Origin: an uncultured Acidimicrobiia bacterium
Lineage (GTDB): Bacteria > Actinomycetota > Acidimicrobiia > Spongiisociales > JAENVV01
Length of the DNA stretch: 61,729 nucleotides
Direction: 5' to 3'
Assembly: GCA_964600365.1 (NCBI GenBank)
Contig: CAZRJG010000006.1
Span: forward strand, 1 to 61,729
Under the pieces are notes generated by a model. That model was not told the DNA's origin and did no database searches. It saw only the letters and a list, made by a program, of their open reading frames with translations. The translations under genes were made by a program, and so were the position numbers. This document shows positions 45,610 through 56,800 of this stretch, in pieces. Position 1 is the stretch's first letter. Each line of letters begins with the position of its first letter.

Positions 45610-46391
45610 CGCCCGACATCTTCGAAGCCATCGAACGCCTCGTCGCAGAGGAACGTTTCGGAGCGGTGATCACCGTCCTCTCCGAGGAGCACCGTGGGAC
45701 GAAGGCAGTGGTCGGGGCCGACGGCACCATGCTCGCAGGGTCGCTCCCCGAGGCCGTGTCGGCGAACTCCGTCGCCGACGCGCGGGACCTCATGCGCCGG
45801 GAGCAGTCGAAGGCAATCACCTACGAGGGCGGCGAGGTCTTCGTCGAGGCGGTGGCCCCACCCCCGGTGCTCGTCATTTTCGGGGCGGTACACATCGCCC
45901 AGGAGCTCTCGAAGCACGCCCAATTGCTCGGCTTCCGGGTGACCGTCTCCGATGCCCGCCCGGCGTTCACGACCGACGAGCGCTTCCCCGGAGCAACTGT
46001 CACGAGGGGCTGGCCGGAGGATGTCACCGGCGAGCTCACGGCCGACTGGCGCACGTACGTGGTGCTGCTCAGCCACGACAGCCGGTTCGAAGCGCCAGTG
46101 CTCCACTGGGCGTTGAGGAGCGACGCTCGGTACATCGGCGCGATGGGGAGCCGCCGGACCCACGACCTTCGCCTCGAGCGCCTCCGCGAATCGGGCTTCG
46201 GCGACGAGGATCTCGCCAGGATCCACGGCCCCGTCGGCCTCGACATCGGCGCCGAGACGCCCGGCGAGACGGCGATCTCCATCCTCGCCGAGATGATCCA
46301 TGTCCGATACGGGTCGGGCACCGGGCTCTCGCTCAGGGGGCGCCACGGGCGCATCCACCGCCAACGCACCGAAGACGAGGGCGACGTCTAG
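45603..46391 (+). CDS. XdhC C-terminal (Rossmann) domain protein (split XdhC, part 2)
   Basis: [17 protein letters not shown] and [22 protein letters not shown]. Confidence 0.9.
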   Translation: MVTPDIFEAIERLVAEERFGAVITVLSEEHRGTKAVVGADGTMLAGSLPEAVSANSVADARDLMRREQSKAITYEGGEVFVEAVAPPPVLVIFGAVHIAQELSKHAQLLGFRVTVSDARPAFTTDERFPGATVTRGWPEDVTGELTADWRTYVVLLSHDSRFEAPVLHWALRSDARYIGAMGSRRTHDLRLERLRESGFGDEDLARIHGPVGLDIGAETPGETAISILAEMIHVRYGSGTGLSLRGRHGRIHRQRTEDEGDV

Positions 46392-46756
46392 CGGTACTCG
46401 CTCACCTTGAGGTACTGGCTGGCGAGGTGCGGCTCGGCCACCACCCGATAGGCGTCGGCGCCGACCGCCTCGGCGAAGCGATGCTCCTGCTCCTCGACCC
46501 AACCCCGATCGATGTTCTCCCACGCGTCTTGGTCCGACCAGGTGATCACAACGGTCACCTCGTGGAGCCCCTCCCCGGGGCGCACCCAGGTCTCCTTGCC
46601 GATGTAGAACGGGAACCGCTCCGCTTCGGCGATGGACCAGAACTCATGATCGGCGGCAAGCCACGCCTCGAGAGCGTCGTCGCGGACCTCGAACACCATC
46701 ACTTCGATGGCATGCGGCGGGTCGAACGTGCGGTGTGTGAAGCGGTCGGAAGTCAT
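46388..46756 (-). CDS. TIGR03792-like (ABM/dimeric alpha-beta barrel) protein
   Basis: E...F.V......W...D.E.W, GKETW and I.W.....W pattern. Confidence 0.6.
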   Translation of the reverse strand: MTSDRFTHRTFDPPHAIEVMVFEVRDDALEAWLAADHEFWSIAEAERFPFYIGKETWVRPGEGLHEVTVVITWSDQDAWENIDRGWVEEQEHRFAEAVGADAYRVVAEPHLASQYLKVSEYR

Positions 46757-46820
46757 CCGATCATCCTCGCAGCAACGCACCCTCTGTAGATTTCGAGACC
46801 GATCCCAAGGAGTCCCTCCC

Positions 46821-47330
46821 ATGATGAGCGAACGCCTCGCCGCCGCCTACAACGACCAGATCACTCTCGAGTTGTCGTCCTCGCACGCCTACCTCCAACT
46901 CGCCGCGTACTTCGCAGACGCGAGCCTCACCGGCTTCGAGTCCTGGATGCGGGCCCAAGCCGATGAGGAGCGCATGCATGCCCTCAAGTTCTTCAACTTC
47001 GTGCTCGACCGGGGCAACGAAGTCCGGCTCGGCGCGATCGAGAGCCCTGGATCGATGCCGACGGACCCTGTCGAGGCCTTCGAGGCGGCCCTCGAGGCCG
47101 AGCAGACGGTGACCGCTTCGATCCGCGCCCTCCACTCGCTCGCCCACGAGGAGAACGACGCCGCCTCGTACCCGCTCCTCGAGTGGTTCCTCACCGAGCA
47201 GGTCGAAGAGGAATCGGCCGTCGGGGAGATCGTCGACCAGCTCCGCTTCGCCGACGGGAACGCGGCCGCGGTGCTCATGCTCGACCGCGAACACGCGGGG
47301 CGGGCGCACCTCACCCCCCAGCAGGGCTGA
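46821..47330 (+). CDS. ftn: Non-heme ferritin
   Basis: Q...E..SS..YL, QADEERMHA.KF and L.WF..EQVEEE ferroxidase motifs. Confidence 0.92.
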   Translation: MMSERLAAAYNDQITLELSSSHAYLQLAAYFADASLTGFESWMRAQADEERMHALKFFNFVLDRGNEVRLGAIESPGSMPTDPVEAFEAALEAEQTVTASIRALHSLAHEENDAASYPLLEWFLTEQVEEESAVGEIVDQLRFADGNAAAVLMLDREHAGRAHLTPQQG

Positions 47331-47354
47331 ACCAGCCCGTCCGATCAGGCGCGG

Positions 47355-48026
47355 CTAGCGGTCCTCCGGCGCCTCATCGAAGCGGTCGAGCTGGTCGATC
47401 GGCAGGATGAGCGAGCTGATCAGGTTGAGCAGGTGCGCTGCGATGCGCTTCACGTACCGGTAGAACAACGCTCGCGCCACTGCCTCTGACGGCGTCCCAT
47501 CCGACTCGTAGGCGCTACGCACTCCTTTGTCGCACTCGGCGAGGAGTTCGTCGGCGTCGGCGCAGAACGCTCGAGCTGCCTCGAGGTCGTTCGACTCGAA
47601 GATGTCGGCCGCTTCCACGATCATGTCCCCCACTCGATCGCGGAAGTCGGCGAGCGCATCGGCGTCGGCGCCATCGGTGAGGTCGGCGCCGTACTTGGCG
47701 AGGTCATAGAGGTTCTTGGCGTAGTCGCCGACCCGTTCGACATCCTTCACCACCGACATGTAGGCGAGGACCGCCGGGAGGTCGACCTCGGAGCCGTGGA
47801 CGGCGCTATGGACGGCGAGGCGCTGGCGCACCTCTTCCTGGCCCCGGTTGATCGCCATGTCGGTCCTGCGGACCTTCTTCTTGGCCTCCTTGGACTTCCC
47901 CGCTCCGAACACTGCCTCGGTCGCGGTATCGAAGACGATCACGGCGTCGTGGAGCATCCCGACGAGGATCGCTTCGACCTCTTCGATGGGGGTGTGGCCG
48001 TGTGACCTGAAGAATGCAAGGACCAT
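47355..48026 (-). CDS. PhoU-domain protein
   Basis: D..IN, KDVERVGDYAKN and KRIAAH repeats; follows the Na/Pi transporter. Confidence 0.85.
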   Translation of the reverse strand: MVLAFFRSHGHTPIEEVEAILVGMLHDAVIVFDTATEAVFGAGKSKEAKKKVRRTDMAINRGQEEVRQRLAVHSAVHGSEVDLPAVLAYMSVVKDVERVGDYAKNLYDLAKYGADLTDGADADALADFRDRVGDMIVEAADIFESNDLEAARAFCADADELLAECDKGVRSAYESDGTPSEAVARALFYRYVKRIAAHLLNLISSLILPIDQLDRFDEAPEDR

Positions 48027-48039
48027 GGTTGGACTCCTG

Positions 48040-49182
48040 TCAGAAGAGGACGATACCGATGAGGGGCAGGCCGAGGAAGGCACCAAGGACGTAGGCGAAG
48101 GCGAGCCATCGGCGCCGCTGTGCGAGCGCGGAGAGGCCCTCAGCGGCCCGCACCGGGATGTACCGGATCGCCGGGATGGGATAGATGAGCAGGATCCCCG
48201 CGACATTGAAGAGCGTGTGGGTGAATGCGATGGTGAGGCCGTCGACGGTCCCGGCGCCGACCGCTGCGAGCAGCGCGGTGATCGTGGTGCCGACGTTCGC
48301 ACCCAGCGTGATCGGATAGGCATTGCGCACGGTCAGCACGCCTGCGGCGCAGAGCGGAATGAGGATCGACGTGGTGATCGACGACGACTGCACCGAGATC
48401 GTGACCACGATGCCGACGAGGATCCCGATGAGCCCCGAGCGGGCGAGCGCTGCGTTGAGGGACCGCTCGATTCGGTCGGCAACGAGCATCCGCATGTTGC
48501 CCGTGATCCGGGAGAGCGCGATGAAGATGATCCCGATCCCGAACACGGCGACGAGCACCGGGAAGGCGACCGGGTGGTCGGTGATGAGCGCCGGGATCTC
48601 CTCGAAGAGCCCTGCACCCCACTTCACCGCGGCCTTGATCGGGCTGTCGAACGAACCACCGGAGGTCGAGCCGCCTACGAGCTCGGCGAGTGCCGAGGCG
48701 CTCCGTGAGAGGAACCCGGTCCAAAGCTCCAGCGGGAGGAAGATGGCCACGGCGATGAAGTTGAAGAAGTCGTGCATCGTCGCCGCGGCGAAGGAACGAC
48801 GGAACTCGTCGGACTTCCGGACGTGGGTCAGCGAGACGAGCGTGTTCGTGACCGTCGTGCCGATGTTTGCGCCCATGATCATCGGGATGGCCGTCTCGAC
48901 GCTCAAGACCCCCGCCGCAACGAGGCCGACGATCGTGGACGTGCTCACCGAGGACGACTGGACGAGAACCGTGGCGAGGATGCCTGCGAGGAGCCCGGCG
49001 ATCGGGCTGCTCACCGAGGAGAAGACGGCGTCGGTGTAGTCCGAGCCGAGGCCCTTGATCCCCCCCTCGAGCATCTTGACACCGACGAGGAACAGGTAGA
49101 GGAGCACCACCACGACGAGGGCCCTGAGCCACGGCGGCATGGCGCGGGGGTTCGCTGGTGCGTTCGCCTCGCGTTCAGACAT
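48040..49182 (-). CDS. Na+/phosphate cotransporter (NptA/SLC34 family)
   Basis: Two QSSS repeats, GANIGTT/GANVGTT and HDFFN. Confidence 0.92.
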   Translation of the reverse strand: MSEREANAPANPRAMPPWLRALVVVVLLYLFLVGVKMLEGGIKGLGSDYTDAVFSSVSSPIAGLLAGILATVLVQSSSVSTSTIVGLVAAGVLSVETAIPMIMGANIGTTVTNTLVSLTHVRKSDEFRRSFAAATMHDFFNFIAVAIFLPLELWTGFLSRSASALAELVGGSTSGGSFDSPIKAAVKWGAGLFEEIPALITDHPVAFPVLVAVFGIGIIFIALSRITGNMRMLVADRIERSLNAALARSGLIGILVGIVVTISVQSSSITTSILIPLCAAGVLTVRNAYPITLGANVGTTITALLAAVGAGTVDGLTIAFTHTLFNVAGILLIYPIPAIRYIPVRAAEGLSALAQRRRWLAFAYVLGAFLGLPLIGIVLF

Positions 49183-49238
49183 CGGTCACCATCGCGAGGG
49201 GACGCTAGTCAGGGTGCCAGTGCCCCTGAGCCGTCGAC

Positions 49239-49790
49239 TCAGCGGCCGACGAGTTCGACGCCGACCGGCAGGATCTCCTCGGCCCACAGCCCACACTGGA
49301 ATCCCGAGGGGTGGAGGCCGTCTGCGCCAACGAGTGCGGCGACGTGGGACCGGGAGAACGGGGTGATGTACACCCATGCAGCCCCGACCCGCTCGGCCTC
49401 GCTTCGGGCGATCGCGTTGCACTCATCGACCTCGAGGGCGACCTGCTCGCGGTCGTATCGGCCGCCGAAGGGCGTGACACCCCAGTCGGGGATGGAGACC
49501 ACGACCACGGGTCCCTTGGAGAAGTCCGGTGCCCGACCGAGGAGCCCGGCAAGCTCCGACCATTTCGCCTCGGGATCCAGGTCCTTGAACTGGTTGTTCA
49601 CCCCGATGAGCACGGTGACGAGGTCGTAGGGGGCCCTCGGGTTCGGCGGCGTCGATGCCCGCATCGAGGTCCGAGGTCGTCCATCCCGTACGAGCGATGA
49701 TCTCCAGTTCGACGGGACGGAACCCCTCGGCTTCGACGAGAACCGCGAGCTGGTTCGGCCATGAGTTCGGCGTGGTGTCACTCGCGGAGC
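49239..49790 (-). pseudogene. SGNH/GDSL hydrolase, frameshifted and lacking its N-terminal GDS block
   Basis: SWPNQL and IARTGWTT in one frame; LIGVNNQ, SIPDWGVTPF and DGLHPS in another; extra base in the G5 run at 49629-49633. Confidence 0.75.
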
Positions 49791-49866
49791 AGGCGAGCTG
49801 TTCCGCCAACCATGAGCCCACGCATCACGCCCAGGTCGCCGACGCCGCTGGCCAGCAGCAGGCGGC

Positions 49867-51138
49867 TCAGCGGAGCGGCTGGAAGAGCTTCCCCCGCTCA
49901 GCCCAGACGATGAGGAGCACGCCGAGGACGCCGTAGCCGAGGAACCCTGCCGCGAGCGGGGTGACGGTGGTGTCGATGAGCCTGTCAGTGATCGATCCGA
50001 GTGCCGCTCCCCCGGCGATGGAGATGAGGCCGATCACCGCCGAGGCCATCCCAGCGACCTTGCCCATGGGGTCCATGGCAATGGTGTTGATGTTGGGGTA
50101 GAGCACCGCGTACAGGGCGAGGAGCCCCCCGAACAGCGCCATGTACGACCAGAACGCCGGTACCCCGCCGGTGCCCATCGCCCACAGGGTGAGGACGAGT
50201 GCGGTCCCAACGAAGCCGAACATGGCTCCGTGGACCATGCGGCGCACCCCGAAGCGCCCGACGATCCTTGCGTTCCCGAGCTGGGCGACACCCATTGCGG
50301 CGGCGACCGCTCCGAACACGAGCGGGAAGACCGCCGGCCGGCCGAACACGCCACCGATGATGAGCTCGGAACTCGCGAGGTAGGAGCTGAACGCTCCGAA
50401 CATCACTGTGATCGCAAGCGTGTAGCCCAACGTCTGCCGGTTCGAGAGCACGACCCTCGTCGCGTCGCGGATCGCCCCGAACCGAAGCTCCATCCGGTGC
50501 TCGGACCTGAGGGTCTCGGGGAGCCGCTCGGACCAGACGAGCACCACTGCGGCGAAGATCACACAGAATCCGAACACCCATCGCCAGGAGGCGAAGAGGA
50601 GGATGCCCGCGCCGATGGACGGTGCCACCACGGGCACGAGCACGAACACCGCCATGATGAGCGACATCGCCCGAGCCATGGCCTCGCCCTCGAAGGTGTC
50701 GCGGATGACGGCAGTCGCCATCACGCGTGGCCCGGCGGCACCGAATCCCATGACCAACCGGGCCACATAGAGCACCCCGAGCGAGGGGGCGAGTGCCGAG
50801 GCCATCGCTCCGACCACGTAGAGGGCGAATCCGGATCGCAGCACCGCCTTGCGCCCGAACCGGTCGGCGAGGGGCCCCCATACGACCTGCGAAGCGGCGA
50901 GGCCGATGAAGTAGAAGGTGACGATTCCTGCGACCGCCGTGGAGTCCTCGGTGAGCCCGAACGCCTCTCGGATCTCCCCGAAGGCGGGCAGCATGAGGTC
51001 GATCCCGAGGGCGGTGGTCGCCATGATCATGGCGAGCATCGCGGTGAACTCGGCGCGACCGACGCGGCCGATTTTGGTGTCAGGGATAGGCGCGCCTCCG
51101 CCGGTGGGGGAAGCGATGGTAGGACGAGATGGCTTCAT
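49867..51138 (-). CDS. Bcr/CflA-type MFS drug efflux transporter
   Basis: IDLMLPAF, GPLADRFGRK, RD.FEG..MA..MS and LPETL motifs. Confidence 0.9.
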   Translation of the reverse strand: MKPSRPTIASPTGGGAPIPDTKIGRVGRAEFTAMLAMIMATTALGIDLMLPAFGEIREAFGLTEDSTAVAGIVTFYFIGLAASQVVWGPLADRFGRKAVLRSGFALYVVGAMASALAPSLGVLYVARLVMGFGAAGPRVMATAVIRDTFEGEAMARAMSLIMAVFVLVPVVAPSIGAGILLFASWRWVFGFCVIFAAVVLVWSERLPETLRSEHRMELRFGAIRDATRVVLSNRQTLGYTLAITVMFGAFSSYLASSELIIGGVFGRPAVFPLVFGAVAAAMGVAQLGNARIVGRFGVRRMVHGAMFGFVGTALVLTLWAMGTGGVPAFWSYMALFGGLLALYAVLYPNINTIAMDPMGKVAGMASAVIGLISIAGGAALGSITDRLIDTTVTPLAAGFLGYGVLGVLLIVWAERGKLFQPLR

Positions 51139-51141
51139 CGC

Positions 51142-51723
51142 TCAGCGGTCGCGAAGCCCCTTGCCTTCGAGGATGCGGGCGACGTGCTTCTCGACCCGTG
51201 CATGTCTGGTTGGCGCCTGTTTCGCCCCCGAGACATACAAGTGGTACTCGCGTTGCCGGCCCGGGGTCAACGCCTCGAACGCCACCCGCAGCGCCGGGTC
51301 GGCGTCGAGTCGTTCTTGGAGCTCCCCGACGAGTTCCTCCTCCGGAGCAGGCGGGAGTTCCACGCCCCGTTCCTCAACGTCGATCGCTGAGTCGAGAAGT
51401 CGCCCGATGGAGTCCGCGAGGCGGTCGACGTCGTCGACCGCCTGGACCTCGATTCGTTTCGCCGATCGGGAGTTCGGACCCTGCTCCACGAGGAGTCCAA
51501 CGGGATCGTCGACGAGGGCGCCCTTGAAGAACATGAGGGCAAGGCAGTCGGCGAACTCCTGCATGATGGCGATGTTCTTCCCGCCGAGCGTGTAGCAGGG
51601 CTTGCCCCACTTGATCTCCTCGTCGAGTCCCGCATCGAGCAGGAGCGGCCGAAGGCGGGCGATCTCCTCGGGCCATCGTTCGGAGGAAGCGAGGTAGCTG
51701 TCGACGTCGGGGAAACGCTCCAT
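51142..51723 (-). CDS. YdeI/OmpD-associated family protein (DUF1801)
   Basis: KWGKPCY, FFKGAL..D and FEALTPGRQR.Y....AKQ..TR..R. Confidence 0.9.
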   Translation of the reverse strand: MERFPDVDSYLASSERWPEEIARLRPLLLDAGLDEEIKWGKPCYTLGGKNIAIMQEFADCLALMFFKGALVDDPVGLLVEQGPNSRSAKRIEVQAVDDVDRLADSIGRLLDSAIDVEERGVELPPAPEEELVGELQERLDADPALRVAFEALTPGRQREYHLYVSGAKQAPTRHARVEKHVARILEGKGLRDR

Positions 51724-51737
51724 TGCGAGGAGTCTGG

Positions 51738-52331
51738 TCAGGTGAGCAGGAGTGAGAGTCCGACGGCGAATGTGAAGACGTGCGCCCAGAACGGGGGCGC
51801 CGCGACGAAGCGGGTACGGGGGATGACAAAGAGAAGCCCCAGGATCCCTGCCCACACGATGCCAGCGGTCGGGAGCCACCCCGCCACGAGACCACTGTCC
51901 GCGAGTCCGAGCGCGAGCGGGATCGTGGCGAGGTAGGCGGTCGCCATGTGGATGGGGTGCCCCAGACCAGCCCATCGGGCGAGCGGTTCGTACACCTCGG
52001 GAACCCGGCCGTCGGTCGCAGTCCGCTCGGCGGCCCACTCCCCCACGCTCAGTCGGAACGCCAGGGCGAGCATCCAGGGCACGGCTCCGACTGCGTAGAG
52101 CCCCGCGCCGACCGCGACCATCGGGTCGATCGAGGCCAGCCCCCAGAGGCCCGCGACGGTGAAGGCCACCGCGGGGAGCATCACACCATGGATCCACCGC
52201 AGGCGGGCCCTGTCTGCGTGCATGACCGGGAGCGCGTCCTCGGGAGCCTGTTCGTACTCGAGGCGCCATGCACCTGCACCCGCCACGAACAGGGCGAACC
52301 CGGCCACGAGCACCCACGCCGTTGTCTCCAT
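51738..52331 (-). CDS. Hypothetical membrane protein
   Basis: GAGGAGG RBS; about 6 TM segments. Confidence 0.65.
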   Translation of the reverse strand: METTAWVLVAGFALFVAGAGAWRLEYEQAPEDALPVMHADRARLRWIHGVMLPAVAFTVAGLWGLASIDPMVAVGAGLYAVGAVPWMLALAFRLSVGEWAAERTATDGRVPEVYEPLARWAGLGHPIHMATAYLATIPLALGLADSGLVAGWLPTAGIVWAGILGLLFVIPRTRFVAAPPFWAHVFTFAVGLSLLLT

Positions 52332-52399
52332 CGGTACCTCCTCGTCCTTCATTGGACGCCCCAGCACCGGGACTGGTTGCCCAGTTCCACGGCAGACGC

Positions 52400-52664
52400 G
52401 AACCCGGCGGACTTCGAGGAGGTCGTGCTCTACGGCGGCCTCACCGACCCGCTCGACCCCGACACCGGCGGTGACATGCTCACCGATGGCCAGGAGGTGC
52501 TGTTCGTCGCCACGTCGCCGACCGACCCGGACACCGACGACGACGGGTGGTTGGACGGCGAGGAGGTACACATCTTCGGGACGAACCCGAAGAGCACCGA
52601 CTCCGACGGGGACGGCATTCCTGACCCGACGGACCCCGCTCCGAACGACCCACTCAACCCCTAG
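52400..52664 (+). pseudogene. Orphan fragment of bacterial thrombospondin-3-like (DxDxDG) calcium-binding repeats
   Basis: TDPLDPDTGGDMLTDGQEV, TSPTDPDTDDDGWLDGEEV and TNPKSTDSDGDGIPD; no convincing start or signal peptide. Confidence 0.6.
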
Positions 52665-52756
52665 GACGGGAGCGCGTGGTGGCCCGGACTTCGGTCCGGG
52701 CCACCTTGGCGCGAAATGACCCGACACGGCGGGCTGCCTCGCGCCAACCTCTCCCC

Positions 52757-53782
52757 ATGACCCGCGTTGAACACGTCGACACACGCACTGCCCCGAGGGA
52801 CCTCCTCGAGGCGATGCATGCGTACTACGTGGCCGTGCAGACCGAGGAGCTGCCCGGCGATCCGCCGATGCCGGTGGAGCGGCGGATCCTCGACTGGCGA
52901 CACTGGACCGACAACCAGGTCGCCCCCCGCTGGATCCTGTGGGACGGCGACGAGATCGTTGCGGTCGCGGTCGTGTGGGCCGACCTGGAGCAGAACCTGC
53001 AGAACGCGTTCGCACGGATCCATGTGCGCCTGAATCGTCGCGGCGAGGGCCACGCCAAGACGATCGCCGAGCCCGTTTTCGACTGGCTCGAGGCCCACGA
53101 GCGCACGCGGGTGGACACATACGTGCTCGACGGACACCCCGAGGCAGTGCTGTGCGAGCGAATGGGCTTGAAGCTCGTGTACACCGAGAGGCGGAGCCGC
53201 CTCGTGCTCGCCGACGTGGAGCGCTCACTCATGCAGGCATGGGTGGATCGGGCAACCGAGCGCGCCGGCGATTACCACCTGCTCTCCCTCCGCTCCCCGT
53301 TCCCCTCCGAGCACGTCGCCCCGTACTGCGACCTCCAGTTCCAGATGAACACCGCCCCGATGGACGACTTCGAGTTCGAGGACGAAGTCGTCACACCCGA
53401 GCGGTGGAGGTCGGTCGAAAAGACAGTCGAAGCCGCCGAGAAGGAACTCATCACCATGGTCGCCGTGCACACCCCGACGGGCGCCTTCGCCGGGTCGACG
53501 ACCGTCAACTATGACCGCCTCGATCCATCCCTCGCCTGGCAGTGGGAGACGGTCGTGCACCCCAACCATCGCAACAAGGGCATCGGGAGATGGCTGAAGG
53601 GGGCCAACACCCTGCACATCCTCGACGACTTCCCCGACGTGGCGTGGATCGACACGTGGAACGCCGGCTCGAATGAGCCGATGCTCGCCATCAACGTGGA
53701 GATGGGGTTCGCGCCGATCCTCATCACCACCACCTGGCAGGGGAGCACGGCTGAAGCGCGACGCCGCCTCTTGGGTTCCTAG
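52757..53782 (+). CDS. Tandem GNAT-family N-acetyltransferase
   Basis: RRGEG and T.V.P.HRNKGIGRWLK motif A copies; TWNA.SN.PML.IN..MGF. Confidence 0.88.
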   Translation: MTRVEHVDTRTAPRDLLEAMHAYYVAVQTEELPGDPPMPVERRILDWRHWTDNQVAPRWILWDGDEIVAVAVVWADLEQNLQNAFARIHVRLNRRGEGHAKTIAEPVFDWLEAHERTRVDTYVLDGHPEAVLCERMGLKLVYTERRSRLVLADVERSLMQAWVDRATERAGDYHLLSLRSPFPSEHVAPYCDLQFQMNTAPMDDFEFEDEVVTPERWRSVEKTVEAAEKELITMVAVHTPTGAFAGSTTVNYDRLDPSLAWQWETVVHPNHRNKGIGRWLKGANTLHILDDFPDVAWIDTWNAGSNEPMLAINVEMGFAPILITTTWQGSTAEARRRLLGS

Positions 53783-53803
53783 CGGTGCGCCGCCACCTCG
53801 TCG

Positions 53804-56800
53804 TCAGCCTTCGAGCAGCTCCCGGTTCCAGGGAACCCGCTCGAGGAACGTCTGCCGGTCCACGGGGTCGTCGATCCGCGCCGCCTGCCGCCGCACCATC
53901 TCGCGTGCCCGCGACAGGAGGTGCTCGACATCCGGTTCGCCGAGTGCCTCGAACACCCGGGCACACCGCAGGTGGATCAGGAGGGGCTCCCATGTGCCCG
54001 TCAGCTCCGGGTCGCGATCAATCGCTTCCCTGACACGGGTCGCCCACTCCCGGGCCAACTTCTCCTGACCTGCCACCAGCGCCGCGTAGGCGACCCCTGC
54101 CGCCGCGCCAACGAGGAGGGCTCCTTGGCCGATCTCCCTACGTAGGTCGTGGGCGCGCTCGTAGATCTCGAGGGCCCTCGGCGCATCTCCTGCGGCGAGG
54201 GCTGCGTGGCCGAACCACATGAGGGTCTCGGCGACGGCGTCCTTGTGTCCGATTCGCTCCTGGTCTGCCAGCACCCCCGGGGCGACCTCGAGGGCAACGT
54301 CCCATTCCTCCTCACACACGGTCACCCACAGCAGGTTCGTCCTTGCCATCGTCGAGTTCACCTCATCGCCGATCTCGTCAGCGATCTTCTTGAAGCGGGT
54401 GAAGTGAGCTCGGGCGTCGGCATATCGGCCCAGTCCGACCTCGGCAACGGCGAGGTTGTTGAGCGACTTCGACTCGGCGCGCAGGTCGCTGGCGGCCTGG
54501 GCCGACGCGAGATTGAGCTCGAGGTGCCGTCTCGCCCCGGAGAACTCACGGGTCTGGAGGAGGAGCAGGCCGAGGAGGTTCCGCACGTCCCCCACCACCT
54601 CTTCGCTCCCCGAGCGCACGGCGAGGGAGAGGAGTCCCTCGGCCTCCGGGATCGTTGCGGCGGCCGATTGGCTCCCCCAACGGGACCACACGAGGACCAC
54701 ACCCGCCGACGCCTGGAGCGCAAGGTCACTCGTCGCAGCAGCGGCGTCGACCGCCATGCGCGCAACCACCTCTGCGTCCGACATCTCGCCCCGGAAGTAG
54801 TGCAGCCACGTCTGGCCCATCCGCACCTGGGCCGTCTTCCCCGGGTCACCGCCTGCGAGTTCGAGCAGTTCGTCGAGCGTCCGCGCCCGCTCATCCCACT
54901 GCCCGCGACGGCCAAGCACTTCCTCCCGCACGGAGAGCAAGGAGAACCTGCGGTCTCCGTCGTCGCCCACGATGGCGAGTCCCCGGGTGACGAAGTCGTC
55001 TGCGTTCGTCAGCGCCGACCCGCCAAGCGCAGCACGCGCCGCATCGATGTAGCAGTCGACCGCCTCCTCGGTCCTCCCCGCCCGCTCCAGGTGCACTGCT
55101 CGCACCCCGGCGAACTCACCGGAGGGACGCTCCATGCGGTTGCCCAGCCAGTCCGCCACCGCACCGTGCAGCGAGATCCGCCTCCCTCGGAGCATCCCGT
55201 CGTACGCCACCGAGCGGGTGACCTCATGCTGGAAGCCGTACTCGGTTGCGCCGTCGAGGCCGGACGGATGCCGGAGGGAGACCATCTCGCGGAACATGAG
55301 CTCCGAAAGGGCCTCGTCGAGGTCCTCTTCGGCGACGGTGAGCAGGTCTCCCAGCATGACGTCCCAGAACACGCCTCCGATCAGTGCAGCCACCTCGAGC
55401 ACCCTTTGGTGGGATGAGGGCATTGCCTCGATGCGGGCCTGGACCACCCCTGCCATCGTCGGGGGTACGCGAGCCGCGTCAAGGAGTTCCGGCGAGATCG
55501 ACCCGAGCGCCGCCCCCTCCCCAACGAGGCCCTCGTCGACGACCATGCGGAACAGCTCCCCGGCGTGGAACGGGTTCCCGCCCGACATCTCGGCGATCCG
55601 CTCCGCGAGTGGCCCCCCGGAACCCGCTGGTGCCCCGGCAAGTGCCTCGATCTGCACCACGGCGTCGGAGCGAGAGAGCGCATCAAGGTGCATCCATTCG
55701 TGGCCCACGCCCCAATCGGGTCGGGTCACGAGGAGGTCCTTGCGGGCCGTGGCCACCATCACGCCACCCGCCTCGACGAGGCGGCGCGTGAGCAGTTCGA
55801 GCACGTCGAGCGATGCGACGTCGGCCCAGTGGAGATCCTCGACCGCGAGCACGAGACCGCTCCCGGCGCCGAGGCGCCCGAGCCAGTCCACGAGGTGGCG
55901 ATTGGCCCTCTGGAGGTTGAGCGTCGGATCACCGGCGGCTGCGGGCGCGAAGCCCACGAGGCGGACGATCGACTCCGCGCCCTCCGGGGAGACGCCGTCG
56001 GCGCGCAGGGCTGCGAGACACCGGTCGGCGGGATCACCATCCATGCCGAGCTGGCTGGCCCGTTCCAACAGCAGCGAGGCGATGAGGTCGAACGGCACGT
56101 CACCCCGCTCGACCCGGACGAACCCGCGTAGCACGGGAACGTCTGCGGGGAGCGTTCGGATCGCCTCCTCGAGCAGCCGGCTCTTGCCGATCCCGGCGTC
56201 GCCGAGGATCGTGATCGGGGCACTGGGAGTAGACCGAAGGAGCACCTCGAGGCGAGCGAGCTCTCGCTCACGGCCCACCAACGCAACGCCCTCCCTGCCC
56301 ACCGACTGCTCCGCAGTCCCGGTCACGAGGTAGGCGGCGACCGGTTCCCCGAAGCCCTTGGCTTCCACGGGTCCTGCGTCCTCGATGGTGAACCGGCCGC
56401 GGACGTGGCGTTGGGTTGCCACCGAGATGAGCATCCCACCCGGCGGGGCTGCCTGCTCGAGGCGGGCGGCGAGCGCGACCGTGTCACCCATGATCGTGTC
56501 GGCGGCCTCCGTGCGACCACCAGCAACGACGAGTCCAGTACTGACCCCGACCCGGACCGCGAATCCGTCGAGCGAATGCGTCTCCTCGAGGTCCTCTGCG
56601 ATGCGTTGGGCGTCGGCAAGGATCGCCAGGCCGGCGCGCACCGCCCGCTCAGGGTCATTCTCGCGGGCCCGCGGGAGCCCGAAGATGGCAAGGAACCCGT
56701 CACCCATGAAGCGGGTCACTCGCCCCGCGTTGTCGGCAACCGCCCCGGCGAGGCGACTGAGGGCCGCATCGAGGACAGCCATCGTCTCCTCGGGATCCCG

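Noticed and set aside
45304-46391. Split XdhC as a frameshifted pseudogene
   Set aside because: Both parts have clean ends with an overlapping stop/start, and two-gene XdhC arrangements are known; treated as two genes
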